NCBI GenBank assembly: GCA_017522135.1
Contig: JAFXAB010000001.1
Coordinates: 1,043-65,042, forward strand
DNA: 64,000 nucleotides
From: Bacteroidaceae bacterium
GTDB lineage: Bacteria > Bacteroidota > Bacteroidia > Bacteroidales > Barnesiellaceae_A
Direction: 5' to 3'
A model generated the notes under the pieces. That model made no database searches and was not told the DNA's origin. It worked only from the letters and a program-made list of their open reading frames with translations. This document shows, piece after piece, positions 26,783-37,818 of the stretch. Within the stretch, counting starts at the first letter, position 1, and every line of letters begins with the position of its first letter. Both the position numbers and the translations under genes were made by a program.

Positions 26783-28026
26783 TAAATGTAACAAGGTATA
26801 CACTCTCAAATGGTCTGCGAGTATTGCATCATTACGATGCCAATACTCGCATGACTGCTTTAAATGTGTTGTATGATGTAGGGTCTAAAGACGATCTGCC
26901 ACATCGTACAGGATTTGCACACCTGTTTGAGCATTTAATGTTTGGCGGGTCGCAAAACATCCCCGATTTTGACACACCGTTGCAACTGACAGGTGGCGAG
27001 AATAATGCATGGACAAGCAGCGATATAACAAATTACTATACTATTGCACCTACACACAATATAGAGACTGCATTCTGGTTAGAATCAGACCGCATGCTAC
27101 GACTCGCATTTACCGAGCAAAGCCTTGAAGTGCAACGAAACGTTGTTATAGAAGAGTTTAAACAACGCAATCTCAATCAACCATACGGCGACATATCGCA
27201 ACTGATACGTTCTGTGGCATTTACCGTACACCCCTATCGATGGCCTGTCATCGGAAACAAGATTGAGGACATTGAGACGGCCACCATGGATGAGGTGAAG
27301 GAGTTTTTCTATGCACATTATGCTCCCAACAATGCCATCCTGTGCGTGTCGGGCAGTATATCTTTTGATGAGACCGTAAGATTGTGCGAGAAATGGTTCT
27401 CCCCTATTCCTCGTCGCGAAATAAAATCTCGCAACTTGCCTACAGAGCCTAAACAGACCGCTCCAAGACATCTTGTCGTCGAGCGCGATGTGCCACTCGA
27501 TGCTATTGTCAAGGTATACCACATGTGCGGTCGCAATGGAGTACAATATCACGCATGCGACTTGCTGTCGGACGTGTTGGGGACAGGTGCGTCATCGCGC
27601 CTATATAAAGAACTTGTGCAGGAAAAACAACTATTCAACAGTATTGATGCTTCAATAAGTGGCGAAATAGAATGTGGCTTGCTCATTATCAACGGAAAAC
27701 TCAACAAAGGAGTGAGTATGGAAGTTGGTGAAACTGCTATTATAGAAGAGATAGCAAAGTTGCAAAAGCATGGCGTTACAGAGCGTGAAATGAATAAAGT
27801 CGTAAATCGTTTTGAAGCCGAACACTTGGTATCAAATCTCAACTATACCGACAAAGCCGCCAATCTTGCATATCACGAGTTGATAGGTCGTGCCGAAGAT
27901 ATTAATACCGAGGTAGATAAATATAAGTCGCTAACAACACTCGACATACAAAATGTTGCTTGTCAAGTTTTGCAAGAAAATAATTGTTCGACTCTATATT
28001 ATAGGTCTATCGCAAAAGAGGTATAA
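26779..28026 (+). CDS. M16 (pitrilysin) family peptidase
   Basis: Inverted zinc motif HLFEH, NAWTS..TNY. Confidence 0.92.
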   Translation: MINVTRYTLSNGLRVLHHYDANTRMTALNVLYDVGSKDDLPHRTGFAHLFEHLMFGGSQNIPDFDTPLQLTGGENNAWTSSDITNYYTIAPTHNIETAFWLESDRMLRLAFTEQSLEVQRNVVIEEFKQRNLNQPYGDISQLIRSVAFTVHPYRWPVIGNKIEDIETATMDEVKEFFYAHYAPNNAILCVSGSISFDETVRLCEKWFSPIPRREIKSRNLPTEPKQTAPRHLVVERDVPLDAIVKVYHMCGRNGVQYHACDLLSDVLGTGASSRLYKELVQEKQLFNSIDASISGEIECGLLIINGKLNKGVSMEVGETAIIEEIAKLQKHGVTEREMNKVVNRFEAEHLVSNLNYTDKAANLAYHELIGRAEDINTEVDKYKSLTTLDIQNVACQVLQENNCSTLYYRSIAKEV

Positions 28027-28166
28027 TATCGCCGCGACAGGATACGTAAAATGTAGAAAAATTACAATTTGTAAAATTCGTGTCATTTTTTTATGAATTG
28101 ACAAAATAATTTTATTACTTTGTACGGCTCTTAAGCCTAATTATACAATTTTTAAATAGAAACGTA

Positions 28167-29975
28167 ATGGAAAACACCCATTTAGACCCCGCTGCACAAA
28201 GTGGCACTGCTTGCCCCCAAGAACAGGAGCAAACTATAGTTGTTGAAACAACAGTAACCGAAACACCTCAATTGAGTAGAAATGAAATTGTTGAGCGTTT
28301 GCGCCAGATTGTCGATGCTCCTATCAATGAGGTGAAAGATGAAGTCGAAGCCCTCAAGCAAAATTATTATAAAGTAAAGCGTGCTGAGGTAGAGATTGCT
28401 TATAAAGCCCATATTGAAAGTGGAAAACCCGAGAGCGAATTTGTCCCTCAACATGATGAGTTGGAAGAACCTCTCAAAGAACTTCTTGCGTCTTTTAAAG
28501 AACGAAAAGCCCAATACTTGCAAGCTCTTGAAAAAGAACGTGAAGAAAATCTTGCTCGCAAGAATAATCTTCTCAATGAATTGAAATCAATAATTGATGC
28601 CCCCGATGAAGTGGGCAAACAATACCAACGTGTACAACAGATACAACAAGAATTTAAGTCTATAACAGATGTTCCTGCTCAGGCTGTAACCGATTTGTGG
28701 AAAACATACCAAAACTACACCGAGCAATTCTATGACCTACTCAAGATAAATAAAGAGTTGCGTGACTATGACTTCAAGAAAAATCTGGAGCAAAAAGAGG
28801 CTCTATGTAAGAGTGCCGAGCAACTAACTGAGGTAGAAGATGTAATATCGGCATTCAAACAACTGCAAATACTGCATAACGAGTGGCGCGAGATAGGTCC
28901 TGTTGCCAAGGAGTTGCGCGAAGATATATGGAATAGATTTAAAGAGGCATCTACTGTTATAAACAAACGTCACCAGACCTATTTTGAGAGTCGCAAAGAA
29001 ACCGAGACTCAAAATGAAACAGCCAAAACAGCCTTGTGTGAAGAAATCGAACAGATTATTGCTTCGTTGAACGATATTGACAGCTATACAGCATGGGATG
29101 AGAAAACTCAAGTCATACTCTCGATGCAAGAACGCTGGAAATCAATAGGTTTTGCTTCTCGCAAAAACAACACAATCCTATTTGAGCGATTCAGACAAAG
29201 TTGTGATGCATTTTTTGCAGCCAAAGCCGAATATTTCAAGAGAGCCAAAGAAAATCTCAACGCCAACCTGGATAAAAAACGGGCATTGTGTGAGAAAGCC
29301 GAGGCCCTGAAAGATAGTACCGATTGGAAAGCTACAACAGATGCACTTGTAGCCATGCAAAAGGAGTGGAAGCAGATAGGCCCTGTTGCCAAGAAACACT
29401 CGGATATTGTGTGGAAGCGTTTCAATGAAGCCTGCGACTATTTCTTTGAGCAGAAGAAGAAAGCCATGTCGTCAAATCGTGAAACCGAGAACGCCAATTT
29501 GGCGGCTAAACAGCAAGTAATAGATACCCTCAAGGCAATAGATGAAAATCTTGATGACGAAACTGCTCGTGCACAAATGAAAGAAGCCGTGGCACAATGG
29601 AACAGTATAGGTCATGTACCTTTCCGCGAAAAAGACAAGTTGTATAAGGAGTATAAAAAAATTCTTGATGTACTCTACAACAGATTCAACAGTAATCGCA
29701 ACAGAAGCCGTATAGCCAACTTTAGCAACTCTATTCAACAACTTGGAGAGGGTAATACCGATAAATTATATCGAGAACGCGAAAAATTGGCTCGCAGCTA
29801 CGAGTTGAAGAAAAACGAAATACAAACTTATGAAAATAATAAAGGGTTCTTGTCTTTATCGTCATCGCGTGCCGAGAGTTTGGTTCATGAGCTTGATAGA
29901 AAAATCAAGAAGTTGCACGACGATATGGAGCTGATTGCTCAAAAAATAGAACTTATAGACCAAAAATTACAATAA
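28167..29975 (+). CDS. DUF349 repeat protein
   Basis: Repeated W..IGPV....D.W.RF units. Confidence 0.9.
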   Translation: MENTHLDPAAQSGTACPQEQEQTIVVETTVTETPQLSRNEIVERLRQIVDAPINEVKDEVEALKQNYYKVKRAEVEIAYKAHIESGKPESEFVPQHDELEEPLKELLASFKERKAQYLQALEKEREENLARKNNLLNELKSIIDAPDEVGKQYQRVQQIQQEFKSITDVPAQAVTDLWKTYQNYTEQFYDLLKINKELRDYDFKKNLEQKEALCKSAEQLTEVEDVISAFKQLQILHNEWREIGPVAKELREDIWNRFKEASTVINKRHQTYFESRKETETQNETAKTALCEEIEQIIASLNDIDSYTAWDEKTQVILSMQERWKSIGFASRKNNTILFERFRQSCDAFFAAKAEYFKRAKENLNANLDKKRALCEKAEALKDSTDWKATTDALVAMQKEWKQIGPVAKKHSDIVWKRFNEACDYFFEQKKKAMSSNRETENANLAAKQQVIDTLKAIDENLDDETARAQMKEAVAQWNSIGHVPFREKDKLYKEYKKILDVLYNRFNSNRNRSRIANFSNSIQQLGEGNTDKLYREREKLARSYELKKNEIQTYENNKGFLSLSSSRAESLVHELDRKIKKLHDDMELIAQKIELIDQKLQ

Positions 29976-29989
29976 CTATTCTCGATAAT

Positions 29990-30023
29990 AATAGTATACA
30001 AGTCGCATGACTTGTATACTATT
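29990..30023 (+). terminator. Perfect inverted repeat, probable terminator
   Basis: AATAGTATACAAGTC-GCAT-GACTTGTATACTATT. Confidence 0.7.
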
Positions 30024-30088
30024 TGATTTATAATCATATTCTATAGTATTGTTGTGCAAGACTATATTATAGATAAATATCATGTAGC

Positions 30089-31474
30089 ATGGCCACGAGT
30101 GGTAAGTATGGCAAGTATTTGAGGAGTCTGATAGTTGCAGGTGACTACATTTGTATCAATGTAGCCTATCTGACTGCATGTGCTGTATTCAACTTTTACC
30201 CCGACTTTTACAATTATTTGGTTTGGGCTTTTATCAACATATCATATATTCCTGTATCATCTATATTTTCTGATACACACAATCAACGCATTATTTATGC
30301 CAATCATATAGTTTACAAAGCATTGGAGAGCACACTCTCTCATGCCATTATCTTCGTTGCCCTACTCTTCTTCTCTAATAATATCGACAAAATATGGGTT
30401 AAGCAGATAGTAACAATATATCTTATTATGGTCGTAGTCATGCCTATATGGTGGGTGGTTGCTCGTAAGATATTGAAGTTCTATCGCAGCAAGGGTTATA
30501 ACTTTCGCAAAGTTATTATTGTAGGATATGGACGTAGTGGCAAACTGTTGGAAAAGGAGTTGCAGTCGGATGCCGGTTATGGATATAAGATTATGGGCAT
30601 TTTTGACGACAACCCTGCAGTTGCATCAACCACAACTCATTACAAAGGCACTACATCGGAGGTAGAGGCATTTGCATTGAAAAATTATATTGATGAGATA
30701 TATTGTGCCTTGCCCACTACAGCCGAAGAAAATATAATGAGTCTCACCCGATTTGCCGAGAAAAACGTTATCCGTTTCTTTATCATACCCAGTATGACAC
30801 CCTACCTACACCGTCGCTTACACTACGATAGTCTGGGTAGTGTTCCTATCTTGAGTATTCGCCCCGAGCCTTTGGAGAATCCGTTGAATGCAGCCATCAA
30901 GAGAGTGTTCGACATACTTTTCTCCGGCTTATTTCTACTATTCTTCCCGCTGATACTCATACCTATCGCCATTGCCATAAAGATATCATCGCCAGGGCCT
31001 GTTTTTTTCAAGCAGAAACGCACCGGTTTGCGTGGAAAGGACTTCTATTGCTATAAATTCAGGACAATGCGTGTAAATGATGCAAGCGACCAACAACAAG
31101 CAACCAAAAACGACCCTCGCAAAACAAAATTGGGCGATTTCTTGCGTAGAACAAGTATAGATGAGTTGCCTCAGTTTTGGAATGTGTTCAAGGGTGATAT
31201 GTCGGTTGTGGGTCCTCGCCCGCACATGATAAAGCACACAGAAGACTACTCAAAGCTCATTGATACCTACATGTTGCGCCACTTGGTCAAGCCCGGCATT
31301 ACCGGATGGGCACAGGTAAATGGGTATCGAGGCGAAACAAAGGAGCTGTGGCAAATGGCCAAACGTGTGCAGTATGACGTATGGTATATTGAGAATTGGG
31401 ACTTCTTCCTTGACTTGAAAATCATCTATCTCACTATCACCAATGCCATACGCGGTGAGAAAAATGCTTATTGA
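30089..31474 (+). CDS. Undecaprenyl-phosphate glucose phosphotransferase (WcaJ-like)
   Basis: KRVFD, YKFRTM, SIDELPQF, VVGPRP, KPGITGWAQVNGYRG. Confidence 0.92.
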   Translation: MATSGKYGKYLRSLIVAGDYICINVAYLTACAVFNFYPDFYNYLVWAFINISYIPVSSIFSDTHNQRIIYANHIVYKALESTLSHAIIFVALLFFSNNIDKIWVKQIVTIYLIMVVVMPIWWVVARKILKFYRSKGYNFRKVIIVGYGRSGKLLEKELQSDAGYGYKIMGIFDDNPAVASTTTHYKGTTSEVEAFALKNYIDEIYCALPTTAEENIMSLTRFAEKNVIRFFIIPSMTPYLHRRLHYDSLGSVPILSIRPEPLENPLNAAIKRVFDILFSGLFLLFFPLILIPIAIAIKISSPGPVFFKQKRTGLRGKDFYCYKFRTMRVNDASDQQQATKNDPRKTKLGDFLRRTSIDELPQFWNVFKGDMSVVGPRPHMIKHTEDYSKLIDTYMLRHLVKPGITGWAQVNGYRGETKELWQMAKRVQYDVWYIENWDFFLDLKIIYLTITNAIRGEKNAY

Positions 31475-31875
31475 TTATTTCTCTTCTCAACATCTTCCTT
31501 CAGTTGTTTCCACTCTTCACTTGTGAGGGTGCGATATGAGAGTATGTGCCATGTAACACCCGATGCGATAAGCAATAATAAGGTTGTAATCCACCATTTA
31601 CACACTATCACACATGAGATGATGATAGTTATCCACAATGTCGATATTGCAACAATCTTGGCATGCAGTGGAATGGCACGATATACTTTATAGGTAGTAA
31701 CAATGCTGTTGAACAGACGTATAGACATGGCTCGTTCATATAGCGTGCGCGAGCCTTTAAATAAGCAATAAGCTGCCAGCAACCATAGCGGTGTTGTAGG
31801 TAATATAGGCAGGAACAGACCTAATGCACCGAGGATGAAGGCCAATATTCCTATTACGTTCCACAATATCTTCAT
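31468..31875 (-). CDS. YbaN/DUF454 membrane protein
   Basis: LPILPTTPLWLLAAYC..S. Confidence 0.88.
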   Translation of the reverse strand: MKILWNVIGILAFILGALGLFLPILPTTPLWLLAAYCLFKGSRTLYERAMSIRLFNSIVTTYKVYRAIPLHAKIVAISTLWITIIISCVIVCKWWITTLLLLIASGVTWHILSYRTLTSEEWKQLKEDVEKRNNQ

Positions 31876-31884
31876 AAGCTTGTA

Positions 31885-32853
31885 TTATTGCACGCGGTAT
31901 TCATTTGTCAATCGGAAACCTCGTAGCAGCTCTTCGACAGTAAGGCGTTTTTTTCCTGCGAGTTGCAGTGATACAAGTTGCAGATAACCATCGCTACACG
32001 CAACCTCAATTGTTTTCTTGCCATCGGTCACGATAGTACCGGGTGTAAAGTTATGGTTGCAAATATGTCGTGTCGCTTCAAATACCTTTACACCTATAGC
32101 ATCGCCATCGGGTGATACAAATTCGCACCAAGCTGCCGGATATGGCGATAATCCTCTTACCTGATTGTATAACTCCTCCACTGTGCGAGAGAAGTCGAGG
32201 TGGCATGTCTCTTTAAATATCTTAGGCGCGGGACGCAAAGGCTCGTCGGTCATAAGCTCTTCTTGAGGTATAGCTACAACCCTGTCGGCTATAATATTAT
32301 CTACAGTCTCGCATACCATCTCGGCACCCAATACCATGAGTTTGTCGTGTATTACACCTACATTGTCGGTATCGGCAATTTTAATACTGCGACGTTGTAT
32401 GACACGACCGGTGTCTATCTCATGAGTAAGGAAAAAAGTTGTAATACCCGTTTCCTTATCGCCATTCATAATAGCCCAATTGAGCGGAGCTGCACCACGA
32501 TACTGAGGTAATAACGATGCATGCAGGTTGAATGTACCCATGGGTGGCATATCCCATACTACCTGTGGCAACATGCGAAATGCTACAACAATCTGTAGGT
32601 GGGCCTGATAACTGCGCAACTCATCGATAAAGGCTTCATCCTTGAGTCGTGCGGGCTGCAATATAGGTAACCCCACCGATAGAGCATATTGCTTGACGGA
32701 GGAAAATTGTATCTTATGACCACGACCGGCAGGCTTGTCGGGCATGGTAACAACCGCAACAACGTTATATCCGTTCTCAACAAGTAGTCGCAAGGTCTCC
32801 ACGGCAAAGTCGGGAGTACCCATGTATACTATACGAAGTTCTTCTTTTGTCAT
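31885..32853 (-). CDS. fmt: Methionyl-tRNA formyltransferase
   Basis: YMGTPDFA, NLHASLLPQYRGAAP, RGLSPYPAA. Confidence 0.96.
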   Translation of the reverse strand: MTKEELRIVYMGTPDFAVETLRLLVENGYNVVAVVTMPDKPAGRGHKIQFSSVKQYALSVGLPILQPARLKDEAFIDELRSYQAHLQIVVAFRMLPQVVWDMPPMGTFNLHASLLPQYRGAAPLNWAIMNGDKETGITTFFLTHEIDTGRVIQRRSIKIADTDNVGVIHDKLMVLGAEMVCETVDNIIADRVVAIPQEELMTDEPLRPAPKIFKETCHLDFSRTVEELYNQVRGLSPYPAAWCEFVSPDGDAIGVKVFEATRHICNHNFTPGTIVTDGKKTIEVACSDGYLQLVSLQLAGKKRLTVEELLRGFRLTNEYRVQ

Positions 32854-32867
32854 ATTGTACCTTAAAA

Positions 32868-34667
32868 TTAATCTTGTGAATAGTGTACCAGCACACGACG
32901 ATAAGAGTTGAATATCTTCGATTTAGATACAAATCCCACATATTTACCATCCTCGTCTACTACAGGCAGGTTCCATGCATTGGTATCATCAAATGTTTTC
33001 ATTACGGTCTCCATGTTCATGCCTATTACTATTCGTGCCATAGGCATAGACATAAATTTGTTGACATACATACGGTCATACAATTCCGGCCGGAACATGA
33101 TATTGCGTATATCGTCAAGCAGTACGATACCCAACAGTCGGCAATTGGTATCGGTAACGGGGAAAATATTACGATGCGACTTTGATATTACTTTTACCAT
33201 ATCACCCAGTGACATCTCGGGGTGCACCTCCAAGAAATCTTTTTCTATAACACTATCCATCTTCAGCAGAGTCAGCACAGCCTTGTCCTTACCATGAGTG
33301 AGCAACTCGCCTTTCTTGGCCAAACGCATGGTGTAAATGCTATGCTTCTCAAATATACGTATGGTTGCATAGGCTACTGTTGAAGTAATCATCAAGGGTA
33401 AGAATAGTGCGTAGCTACCGGTAAGCTCTACAGTAAGGAAGATGCCCATGAGCGGAGCATGCATTACTCCCGACATTACACCGGCCATACCCATCAATGC
33501 AAAATTTTTATTGGACAACTCGGGTGTAAAGTCAAGCAAGTTGGTCGTATAGGCAAATAAGAATCCGGCAAAGCAACCTACATACAGACTTGGTGCAAAT
33601 GTACCACCCACACCACCTGCTCCGTTGGTTGCGGCCGTTGCAAATATCTTAGTAAGAACAATCATGGCCGTAAATACAATCATAGCCCACACCTCATCGC
33701 TCCAAGCATATAGAAACGAGCCTCGCATAAGACCATCTGTATTACCGGCAAGCAACTTCAATATTGAGTCGTAACCCTCACCATAGAGCGGTGGTAGCAA
33801 GAAAATACACAAGCCCAATAGAATAGATCCAAAACCAAATTTACGCCATGGATTGCCCAATCTGGCAAATTTACCTTCTATCCAATACATGACGCGGGTA
33901 AAATAGAGCGATACAAATCCGCAGAAAATACCTAATAATATAACATAAGGAATGCGTTCTATACTGAATATCTCGGTCTGCTCAAACATAAATTCGGCAT
34001 CAGTTCCATGATAAAGGTATGATACCGTAACAGCAGTGATAGAAGAAATGAGCAAAGGCAATACCGATGTGGCGGTAAGGTCGACCATGAGTACCTCGAT
34101 AGTAAACAAAATACCGGCAATGGGTGCCTTGAATATACCTGCAATAGCCGATGCCGCGCCACAACCCATCATCAACATCAGCACATTGGGCGGCATACGA
34201 AATAATCGGCCTACATTTGAGCCGATAGCAGCTCCTGTATATACAATGGGGGCCTCGGCTCCTACCGAGCCACCAAAGCCAATGGTAACAGAACTTGCCA
34301 ATACCGAGGTGTACATGTTGTGTGGTTTTACACGACTTTTACGTTGAGAGAAAGCTTGTAGAATGCGTGTAACACCATGCGAAATATCGTCTTTCACCAC
34401 ATATCGAACAAACAAACCCACCAAGAACACACCAACTATCGGATAGACAAAATACAATCCGTTGAGACCTTCGTTCATCATGTGTGATGTGAGCAAGTGT
34501 TGTATGCCATGTATGAGCCACTTGAGTATAACGGCAGTAAGTCCTGTAAAAAGTCCTACCGCAAAGCTCATGATAAGAGTGAATGTACGTATACTTATGT
34601 GCGACTCTCTCCATAGGAGAAATCGCATAAACAACTCTTTGTATTTCTTTGTAAATATGTTTTCCAT
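32868..34667 (-). CDS. ClC chloride channel/transporter with CBS domains
   Basis: GGSVGAEAP, GGVGGTFAPSL, C-terminal CBS pair. Confidence 0.92.
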   Translation of the reverse strand: MENIFTKKYKELFMRFLLWRESHISIRTFTLIMSFAVGLFTGLTAVILKWLIHGIQHLLTSHMMNEGLNGLYFVYPIVGVFLVGLFVRYVVKDDISHGVTRILQAFSQRKSRVKPHNMYTSVLASSVTIGFGGSVGAEAPIVYTGAAIGSNVGRLFRMPPNVLMLMMGCGAASAIAGIFKAPIAGILFTIEVLMVDLTATSVLPLLISSITAVTVSYLYHGTDAEFMFEQTEIFSIERIPYVILLGIFCGFVSLYFTRVMYWIEGKFARLGNPWRKFGFGSILLGLCIFLLPPLYGEGYDSILKLLAGNTDGLMRGSFLYAWSDEVWAMIVFTAMIVLTKIFATAATNGAGGVGGTFAPSLYVGCFAGFLFAYTTNLLDFTPELSNKNFALMGMAGVMSGVMHAPLMGIFLTVELTGSYALFLPLMITSTVAYATIRIFEKHSIYTMRLAKKGELLTHGKDKAVLTLLKMDSVIEKDFLEVHPEMSLGDMVKVISKSHRNIFPVTDTNCRLLGIVLLDDIRNIMFRPELYDRMYVNKFMSMPMARIVIGMNMETVMKTFDDTNAWNLPVVDEDGKYVGFVSKSKIFNSYRRVLVHYSQD

Positions 34668-34677
34668 AACTTGTTGG

Positions 34678-36096
34678 TTACATACCTTTGCCGGTAATAA
34701 CGGTTCGTACTGTGTGAATAATTATTTTGAGGTCTACCAGCATCGACATGTTTTCGAGATATACAATATCATATTGCAGGCGTTCAATCATTTCATCTAC
34801 GCTCTGTGCATAGCCATATTTTACCATACCCCACGAAGTGAGTCCGGGGCGTATCTGATACATGAGTGCATAGTAGGGTGCTTTTTCGATAATTTGCTTA
34901 ATGAAAAATTCACGCTCGGGACGAGGCCCTACCAGCGACATATCACCTTTGAAAATATTCCAGAATTGGGGTAACTCGTCGATACGATACTTGCGCATAA
35001 ACTTACCTATCGGAGTTATTCTATCGTCGTCGGAGCTTGACAATCGAGGTGTACCATCACTCTCGGCATTGGTATACATCGTGCGCAATTTGTATATAAA
35101 GAATGGCTTATGATGATAGCCTATTCGCTCTTGGCGGTAGAATACCGGACCTTTTGAGTCGCGCTTGATAAGTATAGCAAATACAGCAATAATGGGTGCT
35201 ATGATGATAAGTGCTATAGCCGATACAATGATGTCGACCAGGCGTTTCATGTTGCGACCTCCGGCCGATATGGCACATGAACTTACGTCAACAAGTGGCT
35301 GTCCGTAGATGTTTGACAGCTTGACACGTCCTATGAGATTATGAAATACTGTACTTTGCATCTTTATAGGACGGTCCAATGGGTATAGCTCGTTGATAAC
35401 GGCATTGAGGCGTATCTGTCGATTGTCGTCTATGGCAACTATAATGTATTTGATATTGAGGTCGTTGCAAAGTTGGGCAAGGTTGACGTTGGGGTATACC
35501 TTATATGGCAACTCTTTTAATGGGCTACCCTCTCCTGTGTCTACATATCCCACAATATTGTATCCCAACGATTTGGTACGCTCGTTCAGTTCTTGAGTCA
35601 ATTTCAATGCTTGCTTGCCACAACCTATTACCAATGTATTGAAATACCATTCTCTGTTGTGTATCTTATGGGTTGCATTGGTTGTTATAGTCAGACGCAA
35701 TGAGTAGACACATATAAATTGTAAGGCAAAAAGTATAAATATCAACTCGTAATTGTCGGTACGGAGAGGCAAAATATCGTTGATAAGGGCTGTAAAAAAC
35801 AGTATCAACGTGTTGATGAGTACCGATGATATGGTGGTAAACAACTCTTGTAAGCGCGACTTGAAGAATGTGATGTTGTAATAACCCGACAGGTAATACA
35901 CCATCATCATGATTAGCGGCATAAAGAACTGTCCGATCAATACGTTTTTCGACAACAAGAAAGTATCCAACTCGATATATCCCGATGCAACGACAGGCAT
36001 ATAAAACCGCACGATATTGAATAGCAACCATGCAATGTTTGACATCACATAGTCACATACTACATACTTGGCTGTTTGTCTTTTTACACCTATCAT
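34678..36096 (-). CDS. Priming sugar transferase (polyprenyl glycosylphosphotransferase)
   Basis: YKLRTM, RIDELPQF, LVGPRPER, RPGLTSWG. Confidence 0.9.
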   Translation of the reverse strand: MIGVKRQTAKYVVCDYVMSNIAWLLFNIVRFYMPVVASGYIELDTFLLSKNVLIGQFFMPLIMMMVYYLSGYYNITFFKSRLQELFTTISSVLINTLILFFTALINDILPLRTDNYELIFILFALQFICVYSLRLTITTNATHKIHNREWYFNTLVIGCGKQALKLTQELNERTKSLGYNIVGYVDTGEGSPLKELPYKVYPNVNLAQLCNDLNIKYIIVAIDDNRQIRLNAVINELYPLDRPIKMQSTVFHNLIGRVKLSNIYGQPLVDVSSCAISAGGRNMKRLVDIIVSAIALIIIAPIIAVFAILIKRDSKGPVFYRQERIGYHHKPFFIYKLRTMYTNAESDGTPRLSSSDDDRITPIGKFMRKYRIDELPQFWNIFKGDMSLVGPRPEREFFIKQIIEKAPYYALMYQIRPGLTSWGMVKYGYAQSVDEMIERLQYDIVYLENMSMLVDLKIIIHTVRTVITGKGM

Positions 36097-36665
36097 TCGC
36101 GTATAATTTTCACTAATCCGCCTTTACCGAGTTTGATAATGCTTGAAGGTTGTGCTTTTTGTGCTTCGTCTTGTCGGGCCTCTACAACATAATCAACGGC
36201 TTGTTTTATCTCGTCGGAAATCTCGGCAAAGCATGCAGGTGATGGTTCTCCACTCACATTGGCCGATGTAGAAACTATCGCCTTGCGAAAACGACGACAC
36301 AATGCTTGTGAGAATGACTCACGGGTAACACGTATACCCACAGTGCCATCCTCGCCCAATAGTTCGGGAGCCAAATTGCACGCACCCGAATATATGATGG
36401 TAAGCGGCTTCTCCGACAACTCCACAAGGTCGTATGCTATATCGGGCACTTCTTTTACATAGAAGTCCACCTTGGTCATTGAGTCGGTAAGTACTATTAA
36501 AGCCTTATTATCGGCTCGGTGTTTTATCTCATATATCCGCTTTACTGCAGCCGAATTGGTTGCATCGCAACCTATACCCCAAATGGTGTCGGTAGGATAT
36601 AATATTACACCGCCTCGTTTCAGCACTTCACAGGCTTCTGTTATATCTTCTTGTATGCTCTTCAT
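36093..36665 (-). CDS. tsaC: L-threonylcarbamoyladenylate synthase (Sua5/YrdC)
   Basis: YPTDTIWGIGCD, STSANVSG. Confidence 0.92.
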   Translation of the reverse strand: MKSIQEDITEACEVLKRGGVILYPTDTIWGIGCDATNSAAVKRIYEIKHRADNKALIVLTDSMTKVDFYVKEVPDIAYDLVELSEKPLTIIYSGACNLAPELLGEDGTVGIRVTRESFSQALCRRFRKAIVSTSANVSGEPSPACFAEISDEIKQAVDYVVEARQDEAQKAQPSSIIKLGKGGLVKIIRE

Positions 36666-36791
36666 ATATTATAGTTTGCCATCAAAGCTATTTGCAAAAA
36701 TAATCAATAACAACTCTATGACAAAATATATATACCCTTTTTTTATCTTATCATAGATAAGCATTTATAATACAAGAGAGTATATTTTATC

Positions 36792-37652
36792 TCAATATCT
36801 GTTGATGCTATGACAGTTGAATGCTTGTTCGTCTATAACGGTGTCATTGGGTACTGCAACGTCGGCAAGACGAGGGCATTTGTTAAAAGCTCGCCACTTA
36901 ATCTCTTTTACCGAGCGAGGTATTGTGATGCTCTCAAGTGATGTACACTCTTCAAATGCTTGCTCATCAATAAGTTCTACGGTTTCACCCATGTCAACTT
37001 TCTTCAAGTTTATACACTCGCTGAAGGCTTTTCTGCTTATTACCTCTACCCCATTACATATTTTTACTTCCTCCAATTTCTTGCAATTCCAAAATGCAAT
37101 TTCGCTTATTCTTTTTAGTGTTCCGGGTACAACCAACGATACTATATGGGTATGAGCAAATGCTCTGTACCCTATCTCTTGTATATTGTCCGGGATTGTA
37201 AGGTGCGTAAATCCGGCGGCATTGAAAGTCCATTCTTCTATTTTTGTCACACCCTTCGGTATGGAGAGACTCTTTAACTCCCAGCATAAGCAAAAGGCAT
37301 TGGCACCTATCGATGTCACACTATCGGGCAATACAATATGTGCAAGATTGGTACATTGTGCAAAGGCCGATCGTCCTATGCATTGCAATTGGTTGCCCAC
37401 ATACACTTCTTGCAGACCCTTGCATCGGCAAAAAGCATTAGCAGCTATTTCCAATAAGGAGTCGGGCAAGGTAATAGAGATAAGGTTGGTGTTGTCGAAA
37501 AATGCGTTCTCTCCAACACGGGTAAGATTACCTTCAAACTCTATCCTACCGTAGCCGTCTACATAAGTGTGCGACAAGATGAGTGCATCGAAACAAGCTG
37601 TATCAAGATTGATAATAGTTGTAGATTGATATTTTATCACAGAATTTTCCAT
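36792..37652 (-). CDS. BspA-type leucine-rich repeat (LRR_5) protein
   Basis: Repeats of L..I.LP.SV..I...AF..C. Confidence 0.9.
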   Translation of the reverse strand: MENSVIKYQSTTIINLDTACFDALILSHTYVDGYGRIEFEGNLTRVGENAFFDNTNLISITLPDSLLEIAANAFCRCKGLQEVYVGNQLQCIGRSAFAQCTNLAHIVLPDSVTSIGANAFCLCWELKSLSIPKGVTKIEEWTFNAAGFTHLTIPDNIQEIGYRAFAHTHIVSLVVPGTLKRISEIAFWNCKKLEEVKICNGVEVISRKAFSECINLKKVDMGETVELIDEQAFEECTSLESITIPRSVKEIKWRAFNKCPRLADVAVPNDTVIDEQAFNCHSINRY

Positions 37653-37818
37653 AGTATAAACATATTAAAAAGTTAAGGTTTTTCAAACATCCAAATTTAA
37701 ATCTTTTTACACAAATATGCAAGAGATGAAGTTATGAAATATGATAAATAGTATTTTGTAAAGTCTTGCAGATAGCATAAAAATTAATTATCTTCGCAAT
37801 GTAATCAAAGAATACAAT

